DNA of 64,000 nt. It comes from Nitrospirota bacterium. GTDB taxonomy: Bacteria; Nitrospirota; Thermodesulfovibrionia; UBA6902. The notes under the pieces were generated by a model, which searched no databases, was not told where the DNA came from, and was given only the letters and a program-made list of their open reading frames with translations. Location of the stretch: the NCBI GenBank assembly GCA_039715075.1, contig JBDLIC010000003.1, positions 7 through 64,006 on the forward strand, written 5' to 3'. Position numbers and translations under genes: made by a program. Below, one piece after another: positions 63,451-64,000 of this stretch (its first letter is position 1; every line of letters starts with the position of its first letter).

Positions 63451-64000
63451 ATGAAGCGCTTACTATTAATAACAGTCTTGATTTTAGGTTTAACAGCGTC
63501 TTACAGCTTTGCCCAGATGGGAGAGGGGCATATGGGAGACCAGGGTCATATGTCGGGACAGGGGATGATGGGACAGGGCTATGCGGGCAGCCAGAGTCAG
63601 CAGCCGCCGCAGGGAATGCCCTATGGCCAGATGCCTTATGGCGGCGGTTATCCATGCCAGCAGATGATGGGACCGGGCATGATGGGATATGGCGGATACG
63701 GTATGATGGGCCAGGGCCACATGGGCGGATATGGAATGATGGGACCGGGTCACATGCGCGGCATGATGGGACCGGGCATGATGGGACATGGCGGATACGG
63801 GATGATGGGTCAAGGTCATATGGGTGGATATGGAATGATGGGGCCGGGTCATATGGGCGGATACGGAATGATGGGCCAGGGCCATATGGGCGGCATGATG
63901 GGTTACGGCAAAGGATACGGGAAACAGGGATACGATGATGAATCCTATAAAAAATATCAGGAAGACTATCAGAAGTTTATGGAAGAAACGTCGGATCTGA
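63451..64000 (+). CDS. Secreted Gly/Met/His-rich repeat protein, Spy/CpxP/ZraP-like tail (partial, runs off window)
   Basis: AAGGAGG RBS, signal peptide MKRLLLITVLILGLTASYSFA, repeats GYGMMGQGHMGGYGMMGPGHM, then YKKYQEDYQKFMEETSDL; absent from the track because no stop lies in the window. Confidence 0.7.
   Translation, partial: MKRLLLITVLILGLTASYSFAQMGEGHMGDQGHMSGQGMMGQGYAGSQSQQPPQGMPYGQMPYGGGYPCQQMMGPGMMGYGGYGMMGQGHMGGYGMMGPGHMRGMMGPGMMGHGGYGMMGQGHMGGYGMMGPGHMGGYGMMGQGHMGGMMGYGKGYGKQGYDDESYKKYQEDYQKFMEETSDL

Noticed and set aside
63490-63938. Track ORFs 63490..63885 (-) and 63654..63938 (+), rich in His/Ser/Ala or Gly/Arg/Asp
   Set aside because: These are alternative frames of the repetitive Gly/Met/His gene. 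The frame from ATG 63451 has an RBS and a signal peptide, and it explains the repeat.

Overview
Bacterial chromosomal window with gene content typical of an anaerobe. I found no rRNA, tRNA, CRISPR array, transposase or integrase. Core blocks: an alpha-glucan/glycogen set (malQ, GH57, glgB; 4.8-10.8 kb); gatB; a sigma54-type response regulator; ftsH-folP; rnr; cobA/hemD; one long minus-strand operon pheA-hisC-tyrA-aroA-cmk-plsC-ispH-rpsA-sppA-ihfB (33.8-43.4 kb); a fused FeS/molybdopterin oxidoreductase; a second small glucan/rhodanese/ADP-ribosylglycohydrolase group; a glycan-synthesis cluster (51.5-58 kb); and a periplasmic redox/metal cluster at the 3-prime end. Between cobA/hemD and ihfB lies a visibly AT-richer accessory island of about 10.5 kb (about 23.0-33.6 kb). 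It carries cassette-like small genes: RHH-MazF, HigBA, an orphan Phd, a dead type I R-M remnant, a diheme cytochrome, and a giant transglutaminase-like membrane protein. Three observations stand out. (1) Three ORF pairs in the supplied track are each a single gene interrupted by an in-frame TGA that sits on the catalytic Cys position (a C_GCAxxG_C_C protein, a rhodanese fusion, a TlpA-like thioredoxin-fold protein), so they are candidate selenoproteins; two of them sit in one redox cluster. (2) The intergenic spacers are full of long imperfect palindromes built from tandem 7-8 nt words. One of these words also occurs as a tandem repeat inside aroA. (3) In the island, a repeated unit of hairpin plus conserved 90-nt module precedes successive cassettes, and its palindromic core is in opposite orientation in different copies. 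All functional calls rest on motif recognition by eye; no database search was run.
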